Below are positions 26,371 to 38,466 of a stretch of 64,000 nt of DNA, in pieces. This stretch comes from Octopus vulgaris. Taxonomy: Eukaryota. The stretch covers positions 16,058,001 to 16,122,000 of the forward strand of contig OX597823.1 in NCBI GenBank assembly GCA_951406725.2, in the 5' to 3' direction. A program made the position numbers and the translations under genes. Each line of letters begins with the position of its first letter. Within the stretch, counting starts at the first letter, position 1. A model generated the notes under the pieces. That model did no database searches. It was not told the DNA's origin and saw nothing but the letters and a program-made list of their open reading frames with translations.

Positions 26371-26759
26371 GTGGAGGCGCAATGGCCCAGTGGTTAGGGC
26401 AGCGGACTCGCGGTCATAGGATTGCGGTTTCGATTCCCAGACCGGACGTTGTGAGTGTTTATTGAGCGAAAACACCTAAAAGCTCCACGAGGCTCCGGCA
26501 GGGATGGTGGTGATCCCTGCTGTACTCTTTCACCACAACTTTCTCTCACTAATACTTCCTGTTTCTGTTGTACCTGTATTTCAAAGGGCTGGCCTTGTCA
26601 CTCTCTGTGTCACGCTGAATATCCCCGAGAACTACGTTAAGGGTACACGTGTCTGTGGAGTGCTCAGCCACTTACACGTTAATTTTACGAGCAGGCTGTT
26701 CCGTTGATTCGGATCAACCGGAACCCTCATCGTCGTAACCGACGAAGTGCTTCCATCCC
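26371..26759 (+). mobile_element. tRNA-derived SINE family A, full length
   Basis: A/B boxes and an 11-bp TSD AGTTATCAATT at 26360-26370 and 26760-26770. Confidence 0.92.
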
Positions 26760-27221
26760 AGTTATCAATTAGAATCCCTCCCTTGGTACATATAACAGAA
26801 AAAAAATACTAAAAGGAGGCTGTGTGTTTAAATTTTAGAATATAAATGTAGAAGCTTCGAAAATATAGAAATCATTTTAACGGTGTATAACGGTGTATTT
26901 CGAAGTATATACAGCTATGAATAATATCTTGTAATATATTCAGTTAAAATTAAAAATAGATAAATAAATCGATCAAACTTTTTAATGGTAAAAAGACTGA
27001 AGTCTACCTAAAAGACCTGAAGCGCGCATCTTCTGTATCCACGGCAAACACGCTGGCCCTGGCAATCCTCGGACTTCTTGTTTCCAGGGTGTTTTTTAAC
27101 TTAACATATTAGAAGCTGTTACTTATAACGGTACTTACTTCAGGATACACCATCAAAATGATTTATTTACGTGCACGCATACAGACATACTTATTAGTAT
27201 GACAGATGTTTATGTGTATAA

Positions 27222-27620
27222 GGCGGCGAGCTGGTAGAAACGTTAACACGCCGGGCAAAATGCTTAGCGGTATTTCGTCTGTCTTTACGTTCTGAGTTCA
27301 AATTCCGCCGAGGTCGCCTTTGCCTTTCATCCTTCCGAGGTCGATAAATCAAGTACCAGTTACGCACAGGGGTCGATATAATCGACTTAATCCGTCTGTC
27401 TGTCCTTGTTTGTCCTCTTTGTGTTTAGCGCCTTGTGGGTAGTAAAGAAATAGGTATTTCGTCTGTCTTTACGTTCTGCGTTCAAATTCCGCTGAGGTCG
27501 ACTCTGCCTGTCATCGTTCCGGGGGCGATAAATTAAGTACCAGTTGCATACTGGGGTCGATCTAATCGACTGGCCCCCTCCCCAAAAATTTCGAGCGTTC
27601 TGCCTAGAGTACAAAAGAAA
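27222..27620 (+). mobile_element. SINE family C, dimeric body
   Basis: Head plus two body units. TSD AGATGTTTATGTGTA at about 27204 and 27621. Confidence 0.88.
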
Positions 27621-27779
27621 AGATGTTTATGTGTACATGCATGTAAATAGATATGTTTATGCATGTATAAATTTAATGTAAATAGTCTACAGTTTATTAC
27701 ATCTGCAATTGTGAAACATAAACGAATGTAATATCATCTAGTTATTCTCTATACACAGAAAACTAAAAGTGGTTACTCT

Positions 27780-29480
27780 GACATATTTCATGGCTTGTTG
27801 CTCACTCATCAGTGGATAACTACCCATCTCACTTCTGCAAACGCTATCGTTTTTAGATCAAGCTTAATTTGTAAAGATTGGTATTTAGGCAGTGTGTTAC
27901 ACATCCCAGTGCCCCAATAATTACAGGTATAAACTTGAACTTGTAATTTGGATAGAGTAACTGCAAATCTCTCAATAGTTCAGCGTAGGTGTCTCCTTTC
28001 TCGCTCATCTTTAGCTTTATGTTAACATCCGCTTGCCAGCTAATTTCCACAACTGTACACAGTTTCTCTTCTCTATCTCAAACCATTATGTCAGGTCTAT
28101 TGTGTTTACATTTTATTGAGGTTTTCACTGGGTCATTCCACCAGTACTCCTTTTTATTATGAGTGACTGTACTTTCTACCATACTGTGGGTTCTTATTTC
28201 TGTGTCCTCGGGGTTATCCTTCCGACGGCTCTCGTTATCCTAGTTACATCATGACGCATCGGTAGACAATACCGTGATGACATTTTCTGACATCGGTGTT
28301 ATCTCCATAGAGTTTGCATCTGTTGTCACATTTTACACATTTTACAGCTTTTTCTGCATCTCTGTCCCTTTTGTGCATCAGGTGTTTGGTTGATATTTCT
28401 TGTTCTTAGATTTCCAACGCATACTCTTCAAAGTGGGAAGTAATAATCCGGTTGTTGGTCCATGATAGACTGCTTTGATGATCGATGTTACTATCATCCC
28501 GGAGCTTTCTTCTAACATATCCACATATGGTCTTCTGCTGATAGACGCTCATTCTTTCATCTGATAATACGTTGCGGAAGAGTCGTGCATCTTCTTGGGA
28601 CATGTATTTAAGGTTATCAGACACGGAATCCTGTTCAAGGAGCTGCTTTCCAAGTCTTCTAATGTTATCAGCCTCATGTATGCAAACTTGGTCAAAGGAT
28701 GCACTTCGGCACTTGGTGATTAAAAGATGTTGCCGAAGGGATATAATACGATATTCAAAGGCATTTTGGATCGATGTTAAGTCATTGCCACCTTGTTTTT
28801 GTTCTAGGTAGAGACGGCCTACATCACTGTTGATGTGGAAAATGTGTGTGTTGATTAGTATCTTCCAGGTTTTCACATCAATGGTTCGGATCTCATCAAG
28901 CGTCCAATCAAACAGCCCAAATGTTGGTATGAGTACTGGCACTGCAAATACACTGTGAACCACTGTTTTATTTATTGCAGAGTTCTGAGGTCCAAATTTT
29001 CCTTATTCGACTGTAATTCTTTATTGACACGTGTTTTGTTACAGGTGCCATTGTAAGATGTTTTCCTCCACCCCCATATACCTGTAATATTCCTCATCAT
29101 GGTAACATTTTCATCTCATGCATATTCGTGGTATATAGTTTCGAGTCACCCACAAAGAGACAGTATGTAATTTTGGTATTCCAGTTTCCCTGTGAACCAG
29201 AGAGATATCCTTGAAACTTCCTTAACATGAATGGCAAAGGGTTTACAGAAAGTATAAACAACATCACAGAGAGGCCGTCCCCTTCGAATATGCCTCTGCG
29301 ATATTGTATTCTATCAGTGACAATACAATCACTCCTTGTTTTTAATTTCACGATAGTACACCATGATAAAGTCAGGTCAGCTATGGCTTTGACTATGCTC
29401 ACTGTAAATTTAGCAAGTCGAAGGGCTTCTAGCATCCATGAATGGGGGACAGAGTCAAGGGCTTTCTTGTAGTCTAGTCT
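27780..29480 (-). mobile_element. R4/Dong-like LINE, RT and RLE pseudogene
   Basis: LDYKKALDSVPHSW, RRGIFEGDGLSVMLF, LFVGDSKLY (YxDD-like), HFEEYALEI, IPVIIGALG. Confidence 0.85.
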
Positions 29481-29489
29481 CATAGTATG

Positions 29490-30380
29490 TGGCACGTAGC
29501 AAACGAGCTGATGTCGACCAGAAACACACGCACCAGTGGTCACGAAGCGCAGAGCTAAAAGCAGAGAGTGAAGGTTTCATATTAGCTGCTCAAGACCAAA
29601 GCTAATTAACCCGGAACTACCAAGCCAATGTGATAAAAAATGGAGCTGACCCAAAATGCCGATTCTGTAACGATGAGATTGAAACTATAGACCACCTAAT
29701 CTCAGGGTGTAGAGTCTTAGCACCTGTAGAATATAAAGCAAGACATGACAGAGTCGGCTAGTATTTACACTGGACAATATGTCGGCATTATAAAATCAAA
29801 ACCGCTGACAAATGGTATAAACATCATCCTGAAGCTGTGACTGAGGGAGAAGATGTATCGATTCTATGGGACTTCCCCGTGCAGACCGACAAAACTATAA
29901 AAGCTAATAAACCGGATATTATTATAAAAGATCAGACAAAAAGATGTGTTTATTAATTGACATGAGTATCCTGTATCACAATATAGCGGCGAAAGAATTT
30001 GACAAGATAGTAAATATAAAGACTTGCTAATAGAAATGAAAAAATGTGCATCTCAAGGCGACTACAGTACCAGTGATTGTAGGATCTCTAGGAATGATAA
30101 AAAAAAGGTACTGAAACCTATTTGAAAATGATACCAGGCTTACCATCCCTACAGGAAGTGCAAAAATCGTGATAACTGGAACGGCTCATGTACTGAGAAG
30201 AGCATTATCGCTGTGAAAACAACATCCATTCATGAATTTATTTATTTATTTAATTTTTAAATACATATTTTATCTGTGAATTTGCATGTGTAATCTGGGA
30301 ATGCATACAATGAGCTTCTCTGCCCTAGGTGTATGGAAAACACTCGGCGAGAAACGGAAGGAAATTTGAATAAAGAAGGA
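29490..30380 (+). mobile_element. R4/Dong-like LINE 3' fragment
   Basis: SEGFILAAQDQSLLTRNY-like segment, KCRFCN...ETIDHLISGC..L..EYKARHDRV, NKPDII, GTAHVLRRAL. Ends at (AAT)n. Confidence 0.85.
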
Positions 30381-30451
<71 letters not shown>

Positions 30452-30453
<2 letters not shown>

Positions 30454-30946
30454 GTATAAAAGATGGGCTTTTGTCTTGGTATAAAAGATGGGCTACAGCA
30501 AATATTCTGCTCAATACCACAGATTTGCTTGTCAGTTGTTTGACCTTAACCAGTTGAGCATGTCCCTTAGTGGCTGACGATATGTGCATCTCTGATCACG
30601 AGCAGAAGTAGTGGGGAGCATCATAGCCATGTGTTGAGAAGGATTCTTTGGGGTTTGAATAATTCACCTCTGGAAACATGGGTGTTTCGTTCAACGTCCT
30701 TAAACAACCCTTGTTCAGGGACCGTTTGAGCGGGATGGGTTACTCGATCTGAAGAAAATTCTAACTGGGCTCCACCTGCAAGGTCATGTGCTGTTTGTCT
30801 TGATGTGGGATCGCCATGTCGCGCACATATGGTTGTGATGCATGTGCCTGGTGTACCCTTATCAGACGGGTAGTCATGATGGGTATACTGGGCTTCGTAT
30901 ATTTTACCCCAGTGTCACTTTGATGGCATGCTCTGCTCGCTCACTC
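30452..30946 (+). mobile_element. (AAT)n-associated non-coding retroelement, with a further partial copy at 31031-31175
   Basis: Both ends in (AAT)n. 3' part repeated at 9290-9502. Confidence 0.75.
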
Positions 30947-31021
<75 letters not shown>

Positions 31022-31174
31022 TAATAATAACAGGCAGTGGCTCTCATGGCTCAGGCAGTGGCTCTCATGGCTTCTGATCTTCACTGATTGGAAGTGTTAT
31101 CATGTACATTGTTTTGTCTTGGTATAAAAGATGGGCTGCAGCAAATATTCTGCTCCATACAACAGATTTACTTG

Positions 31175-32030
31175 TTTTTTTCCTGTCCTTTTTCGTATCA
31201 TCTAACTGTCCAGATGTTTTGTTGTCGCTTGTTACGTTCTTGTTAAAGTTTTTTTTCTTTTAGGTCTCCTGTATGTAAGTACATATATAAATTCTTACGA
31301 CTCTCTTACTCTTTCTTTTAGACCCCGTCACACTTTCTTCGTTCCTTCCACTTTTCTTTTTCTCGCTCCCGCTCCCTCACATTTCTTGGCCTTCCCTTCA
31401 TTTTCACTTTCCCTCCTCTTTTACCTCACTCTGTCCCTTTCCTTTCTTTTTCTTTTTCTCTCTTTCTCGTCCCTTCCTAATTCTTCAATCCCTCTGTGCC
31501 TACCTCTCTCCTCTCCCTCCGCGTAACTGGTGTTCCGCCAAGCCTGACCTTTCTTTCTTGGTTCGACTAACATCCGTGTAGCATCTCTTATATTCCTTCC
31601 CATGACTTTCATCTCCTATGTCCCCGCCGTAAGGCTTCACTTCCACATACGCCAGCTTAATTTGATTCGTCCTTAGTCGAAAGACAGCTGTTGTTAATGT
31701 CCTGTTGTTTGTATTTGTAATTGTGTACCATTTCTCCGTTTTTTTTTCTCCTTGTTTTCGCATACATTCGCTTGCTTTCTTCCAAGGAGTCTAGTGCTCT
31801 TAGCTTAGATTTTGTTGTGGCCGGCCAGATTGGAGCAGTCTCGATTCTAACCGGCCGAAACTGCTAAGATAATCAGGCACTCGACTGAGGATAGGAAACT
31901 CCGAATGACCCGTCCTTGTTTTTTCCTGTCCTTTTTCTGTATCGTCTAACTGTCCAGATGTTTTGTTATCGCCTGTTACATTCTTGTTCCACTTTTTGTT
32001 TTCTTTTATATATACGTATATATATACGCG
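31175..32030 (+). mobile_element. Non-coding element with about 100-bp terminal direct repeats and a permuted hammerhead-like motif (31819-31891)
   Basis: TTTTCCTGTCCTTTTTC..TATC.TCTAACTGTCCAGATGTTTTGTT occurs at about 31178 and 31922. Homologous to 6815-7130. Confidence 0.7.
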
Positions 32031-32070
32031 CACCACACACGCAGTCAGACAGACAGACAGACAGTCAGAC

Positions 32071-32128
<58 letters not shown>

Positions 32129-32495
32129 CAAGAGTGCATGAGAGCGAGTGAGAGAGCTTTATTGATATATAGCCGGCCCAATATATGCATGCATACGTAT
32201 GTGAGAGAAATATAGAAATAGAGAAAACATGTTTGCGTGTGTGTGTGTGTGTGTAAGAGAGAGACAGACAGACAGAGAAAGAGACAGGGAGAAGGAGAGA
32301 GAGCGATAAAGAGAGAGAATAAGAGTGTTCTTGCGTGCGTGAGAAGGTGCATGTATCTGAGTAGAAGCGGAAGGGTGGGGGTGGTGGTGGTGGGGTCTAA
32401 TAGGTTGCAATTTAGTGAACAGGTTACAGGACAACTATCGTAAATAATTGCTGGGTGGAGTCTATGGAGAAGTAGCTGTTGCAAGGAGGGAGGGT

Positions 32496-32680
32496 GAAGA
32501 AGAAGAAGAAGAAGAAGAAGAAGAAGAAAAAGAAGAAGAAGAAGAAGAAGAAGTAGAAGACGACTACGACGACGACGAAGAAGAAGAAGAAGAAGAAGAA
32601 GAAGAAGAAGAGAGGAAGAAGAAGAAGAAGAAGAAGACGACGACGACGACGACGAAGAAGAAGAAGAAGAAGAAGAAGAA

Positions 32681-32712
<32 letters not shown>

Positions 32713-33112
32713 AAAAGAAGAAGAAGAAGAAGAAGAAAAAGAAGAAGAAGAAGAAGAAGAAGAAGAAGAAGAAGAAGAAGAAGAAGAAGAAGAAAAAGAA
32801 GAAAAAGAAGAAGAAGAAGAAGAAGAAGAAGAAGAAGAAGAAGAAGAAGAAGAAGAAGAAGAAGAAGAAGAAGAAAAAGAAGAAAAAGAAGAAGAAGAAA
32901 AAGAAGAAGAAGAAGAAAGAAGAAGAAGAAGAAGAAGAAGAAGAAGAAAAAGAAGAAGAAGAAGAAGAAGAAGAAGAAGAAAAAGAAGAAGAAGAAGAAG
33001 AAAAGAAGAAGAAGAAGTAGAAGACGACTACGACGACGACGACGAAAAAGAAGAAGAAGAAGAAGAAGAAGAAGAAGAAGACGACGACGACGACGAAGAA
33101 GAAGAAGAAGAA

Positions 33113-33144
<32 letters not shown>

Positions 33145-33318
33145 AGAAGTAGAAGACGACTACGACGACGACGACGACGACGAAGAAGAAGAAGAAGAAG
33201 AAGAAGAAGAAGAAGAAGACGACGAAGAAGAAGACGACGAAGAAGAAGAAGAAGAAGAAGAAGAAGAAGAAGAAGAAGAAGAAGAAAAAGAAGAAGAAGA
33301 AGGAGAAGGAGGAGGAAA
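32496..33318. repeat. About 820-bp (GAA)n/(GAC)n polypurine tract
   Basis: Visible tandem repeat. Confidence 0.95.
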
Positions 33319-33597
33319 ACAACAGCAAAATGATAAATCGCTGAATGAGGCCTTGTGTATAAATTAATAGAGAAGGGAGAGGATGTAGGTGGCAGTAGTG
33401 AGTGGAAGGAGGAGACGGAGGTCGAGGGGGGTGGGCAGTGGAAAAATAAAGATATTAAGCAATGCAAACAGAGAAGCCATTTGAAACTTGATATGAAGAT
33501 TTACGGAGTGTGGATAAGGAATTTATACTCTCTGCGCAACTTATAAATATATGTATATGCATACATAAATACATTCACACATACAAACACACATACA

Positions 33598-33638
<41 letters not shown>

Positions 33639-33639
33639 T

Positions 33640-34025
33640 TTACTCTTTACTCTTTTACTTGTTTCAGTCATTTGACTGCGGCCATGTTGGAGTACCACCT
33701 TTAGTCGAGCAAATCGACCCCGGGACTTATTCCTTTGTAAGCCCAGTACTTATTCTATCGGTCTCTTTTGCCGAACCGCTAAGTGACGGGGACGTAAACA
33801 CACCAGCATCGGTTGTCAAGCGATGGTGGGGGGACAAACACAGACACACAAACATATACACACACATACATATATATATATATACATATATACGACAGGC
33901 TTCTTTCAGTTTCCGTCTACCAAATCCACTCACAAGGTATTGGTCGGCCCGAGGCTATAGCAGACGACATGTGCCCAAGATGCCACGCATTGGTTGGTAA
34001 GCAAGCTACTTACCACACAGCCACA
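33640..34025 (-). mobile_element. SINE family B with internal deletion
   Basis: Reverse-complement match. Confidence 0.88.
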
Positions 34026-34040
34026 TATAATATCTATCTA

Positions 34041-34172
<132 letters not shown>

Positions 34173-34180
34173 GCACGGAC

Positions 34181-34230
34181 TTTGTCAGTGAACAGGTCGC
34201 GGATTTTAGCGACGAAAATATTTTGACAAA
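34181..34230 (+). ncRNA. Hammerhead variant with G3-C8 core
   Basis: TTTGTCA-GTGAACA-G-GTCGC ggatttta GCGAC-GAAA-ATAT-T-T-TGACAAA. 7-bp stem I, 5-bp stem II, palindromic stem III. Confidence 0.7.
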
Positions 34231-34310
34231 TTTAACTTAAATGTTGAAGTGAATCGAACGGCTTTTGTGTGTTTCTTAAATGGCTTATAAACACCTTCCA
34301 CGCTGCAATT

Positions 34311-34380
<70 letters not shown>

Positions 34381-34403
34381 TTTATTTAAAAGTAGCAGAA
34401 ATA

Positions 34404-34458
34404 TAACAAAAGCTGTTACTCAGAGTTTCACGTTCTCGTTCGTCGGACAGTTTTGTTA
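34404..34458 (-). ncRNA. Minimal hammerhead variant (U4->C)
   Basis: TAACAAAACTGT-CCGACGA-ACG agaa CGT-GAAA-CTCTGA-GTA-ACAGCTTTTGTTA. Confidence 0.7.
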
Positions 34459-34599
34459 AAACAGAACAGAAATATATATATATATTCATAATGTATGTGT
34501 GTATGTATATTATATATACATACATGTACATAGGTAGTTACATATATAGATATATATGTAGTATAATATATATATAGACACGCAAATACACATACATGC

Positions 34600-34681
<82 letters not shown>

Positions 34682-35341
34682 AAGTTAGACATGGCCTGGG
34701 CCAATCTGTAGCTGAAACATCTCTAGATCCACTATAAATGACAAAATTTGCTGATATTTTGTAACAGTGGTTCCCGACCTGGAGTCAGCGGACCCCTGGT
34801 GGTCCGCAAAACTAGTTCGGGGGTCTATGAACTAAATTCAAAATTTCATATCTATATATATATAACTGAGAATGTGATTCTGTCTGTCTGTCTGTCTGTA
34901 TGTCTGTATGTATGTATGTATGTATGTATGTATGTATGTATGTATGTATGTATGTATGTATGTATGTATGTATGTATGTATGTATGAATCCTCAAAACTC
35001 AAGAACTACCCAACCGATTTCCTTCAAATTTTGCATATGCATTACTTAAGGTCCATGGAGTGCCATGGGCTAAAACAAATTTGCAACTTCATGTCAAATG
35101 GGGGACCGGCGCTATCTTTTAGACTGGTTCGGTATTATGTGTCTAAAGTGAATATTGTTTCACTCTTATTCTTTCACTCTTAATTCGAAGGTGATAACAC
35201 TAAATCCAAGGTATATAAAAATACACATTTACCGTTCAATTACCCTTTAATAATTATCGCAGCAGTTGCAAGGTTGCAAGGTATTTACAGTTACATATTA
35301 ATTCTTAAATTAATATTTCATACATGAGCTTATTATATATA

Positions 35342-35740
35342 TCTATATATATAAAAGTGAAGTTGTGTGAGTGTCTGTCTCCTACGATTTAGATTCCTAA
35401 CTACTCCCACATTTTGCGGTGCAGTTTAACCAAAACCGGGTATCTTATAGTCGTGATTCATATCGAGCCCTTCTGGGTATTAGCGCGCATCTACGATGAG
35501 TCTACGATTTTAAAAAGATTTACCATCATTTTTTTCCATTTTAATGCATTTTTTCGCTATTATATAAGGGAAGTAACTCTCTAAAAATGTCTACGATGAG
35601 TCAACGATTTAAAAAAAAATTTACCATAATTTTTTTTCCATTTTTAATGCATTTTTTGCTATTTTTTGGCTATAACTCTCTAAAAATGCTTTATAGTTAT
35701 TTCCCTTACAAACCCGAGCAACGCCGGGCGATACTGCTAG
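35342..35740 (+). mobile_element. Non-autonomous Helitron, copy 1
   Basis: 5' TC, 3' hairpin CCCGAGCAACGCCGGG then CTAG. Confidence 0.85.
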
Positions 35741-36117
35741 TCTTTATATATAAAAGAGAAGTTGTGTGTCTGTCTCCTACGATTTAGATTCCTAACTACT
35801 CCCACATTTTGCGATGCAGTTTCACCAAAAGCGGGTATCTTATAGTCGTGATTCATATCGAGCCCTTCTGGGTATTAGCGCGCGTCTACGATGAGTCTAC
35901 GATTAAAAAAAAATTACCATCATTTTTTTCCATTTTAATGCATTGTTTTCGCTATTATATAAGGGAAGTAACTCTCTAAATATGTCTACGATGAGTCAAC
36001 GATTTAAAAAAGAATTTACCATAATTTTTTTTCCATTTTTAATGCATTTTTTGGCTATAACTCTCTAAAAATGCTTATATAGTTATTTCCCTTACAAACC
36101 CGAGCAACGCCGGGCGA

Positions 36118-36122
<5 letters not shown>
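35741..36122 (+). mobile_element. Non-autonomous Helitron, copy 2 (head-to-tail tandem)
   Basis: Near-identical to copy 1. Junction CTAG|TC. Confidence 0.85.
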
Positions 36123-36190
<68 letters not shown>

Positions 36191-36214
36191 CATATACATA
36201 TACATATATATGGT

Positions 36215-36457
36215 GGTGACCCCCTTCGGTCAGACACTGACCATGGGTTTGCACCTAGAGAGTTACCCTCTAAGGCACAAGTCTAGGCAAGGTTGTTTTA
36301 TGGAAGACCAGCAGTCGCCCATGCATACCGGCCTCCCCTCTCCACGTCACCGATGTTGTCCAAGGGAAATGCAAGGGCCGATACAGCTTGGCACCTGTGA
36401 CGTCGCAACTCATTTCTACAGTTGAGTGAACTGGGGCAACGTGAAATAAAGTGTCTT
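36215..36457 (-). mobile_element. SINE family D, 3' part
   Basis: Reverse complement of about 58548-58770. Confidence 0.75.
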
Positions 36458-36572
36458 ACACACACACATATACATATACATATATACGGAGAATTCACAA
36501 ACAACAAGACGAAGACAGGTGGTGTAGACAACAAATAGATGTATTAGTAAAACGCTCGGGAAGTGAAAAAGT

Positions 36573-36608
36573 CTTTAACGTTTCGAGCCTACGCTCTTCC
36601 ACAGAAAG
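36573..36608 (-). ncRNA. Minimal hammerhead-like motif with decayed core, in a pLTR-like repeat (36485-36660)
   Basis: CTTT-CTGTGGA-A-GAGC gtag GCTC-GAAAC-GTT-AAAG. Confidence 0.55.
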
Positions 36609-36675
36609 GAATACAGAAAGAAACAAGGAGAGAAAATAAAGAATGTGTAGTGGCTAGAGATATATATATATAAAC

Positions 36676-36782
<107 letters not shown>

Positions 36783-36789
36783 GCATTTA

Positions 36790-37433
36790 GCGTAAAATTA
36801 GCTGTTTGCACCTGTGATTATATTTGGTTAATCTATGTATAGTAAACGGCCCCAATAAATCAAATCAAATTTTACAAGGTAACAGTATCACACCCCACGA
36901 GTGTCAACATGTAATTTTCTTTTTTCTTTCTCAAGATCAACAAAGGCATGCTGCAGCACGTCAAGTAGAGTCTCAAAAGAGAGAAGGGAGATGAGACTTT
37001 CTCAAAATCAGCGAAGATATGCTGCAGCACACCAGATGGAGTCTCAAGAGAGAAAGAAAATGAAACCAAGATCAGCAAACGTATGCTGCAATAATTAATT
37101 TCTGAGTCATTACAACAACGTTTAGCTCGCCAGATTACACAGAAGTCCAACAGAATAGCTCTCAGAAACAGACGACGTACAAATTCGTTCTTCACACAAC
37201 TCCTGGAGTTGATTTTAGCTATGATCCATCCCATTCTCATAAAAATCATAATTCTGTCCAAATTGGTGTGTTAAACTCAAATCGACGTTTCTGCAAAGCT
37301 TTAAAACTTACTCCACAAATGTTTTGTCGTCAATGCTGCACTTTGCCGTATCATCTGTTTCAACATAACTGTAATATATATATACAGAAACTATGCCATT
37401 TTAAACCCGAGCAACGCCGGGTATCTCTGCTAG
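36790..37433 (+). mobile_element. Helitron 3' portion
   Basis: Ends AAACCCGAGCAACGCCGGGTATCTCTGCTAG. Probably continues the Helitron-like 5' end at about 34851. Confidence 0.6.
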
Positions 37434-37447
37434 TATACATACATACA

Positions 37448-37572
<125 letters not shown>

Positions 37573-38107
37573 AGACCAGTAAGGAACAATTATGAACTTT
37601 TCTATTACGCTTTTTTTCTATAATATTTTTGATAAGGTTCGTTTTTTTCAAGAACCGAAACATGTAAAATTCATAAGAAAATTAAAATTTATCTAATATA
37701 GTGGCGTTTTCAAACTTCTTTTTTACAAATATATATATATATAACAGGACAAGCATATTATAAGGGGGCCGTAGGAAGACTCATTTAAATAAAAGGGCTG
37801 GGAATCATTGTGAAAAGGTTGGGAACCACTGTTCTACAGTATATATATACTACTAGAGAAGGCCAAGTTGTTTGATAAGAAGAGTCACAAATGATACTTT
37901 TTTCACCGTTCGAGAGCTGCATTATATTTTTTAAATCATATATCGGGGTGGATGGCTGTCCGTAAGAGAGGCTGTTATAGCTCACATCTCTCGCCATCCT
38001 CCGCGGCAACGCCTTTCCAGTTTTGTCTCCTGGGACCATTGAGGAGGTTTGACTTACAGGAAGTAGTAAGCTCCACTCCTTTATGTAAAGTTACTCCATA
38101 TAATTAT

Positions 38108-38466
38108 GCAGGAGTGGCTGTGTAATAAGTAGCTTGCTTACCAACCACATGGTTCCGGGTTCATTTTCACTCGGGCCGACCAAAGCTTTGTGAGTGGATT
38201 TTGTAGACGAAAACTGAAAGAAGCCCGTCGTATATATGTATATATATGTGTGTGTGTGTGTTTGTGTTTGTCCCCCCAACATCGCTTGACAACCGATGTT
38301 GGTGTGTTTATGTCCTCGTAACTTAGCGGTTCGGCAAAAAAGACAGAGAGAATAAGTACTAGGCTTACAAAGAATAAGTCCCGGGGTCGATTTGCTCGAC
38401 TAAAGGCAGTGCTCCAGCATGGCCGCAGTCAAATGACTGAAACAAGTAAAAGAGTAAAAAAGAGTA
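38108..38466 (+). mobile_element. SINE family B with internal deletion
   Basis: Match to family B. Confidence 0.85.

Noticed and set aside
26371-26445. Apparent tRNA genes (also at 1, 7231, 51460, 52940, 58450)
   Set aside because: No complete cloverleaf or acceptor stem. Each continues into a repeated SINE body, often with TSDs.
30573-30610. CTGACGA in the AAT-associated element
   Set aside because: No matching stem II-GAAA-stem III found nearby.
31819-31864. HDV-like ribozyme reading of the nested X/III pseudoknot
   Set aside because: No P3/L3, P1.1 or P4 could be assigned. The hammerhead core nucleotides explain the conservation better.
32424-33467. 347-aa poly-L/F and 190-aa poly-E/K ORFs
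   Set aside because: Frames of the (GAA)n tract.
36872-37261. 129-aa and 65-aa ORFs as host genes
   Set aside because: They lie within a Helitron-terminated segment and show no recognisable domain or splice support.
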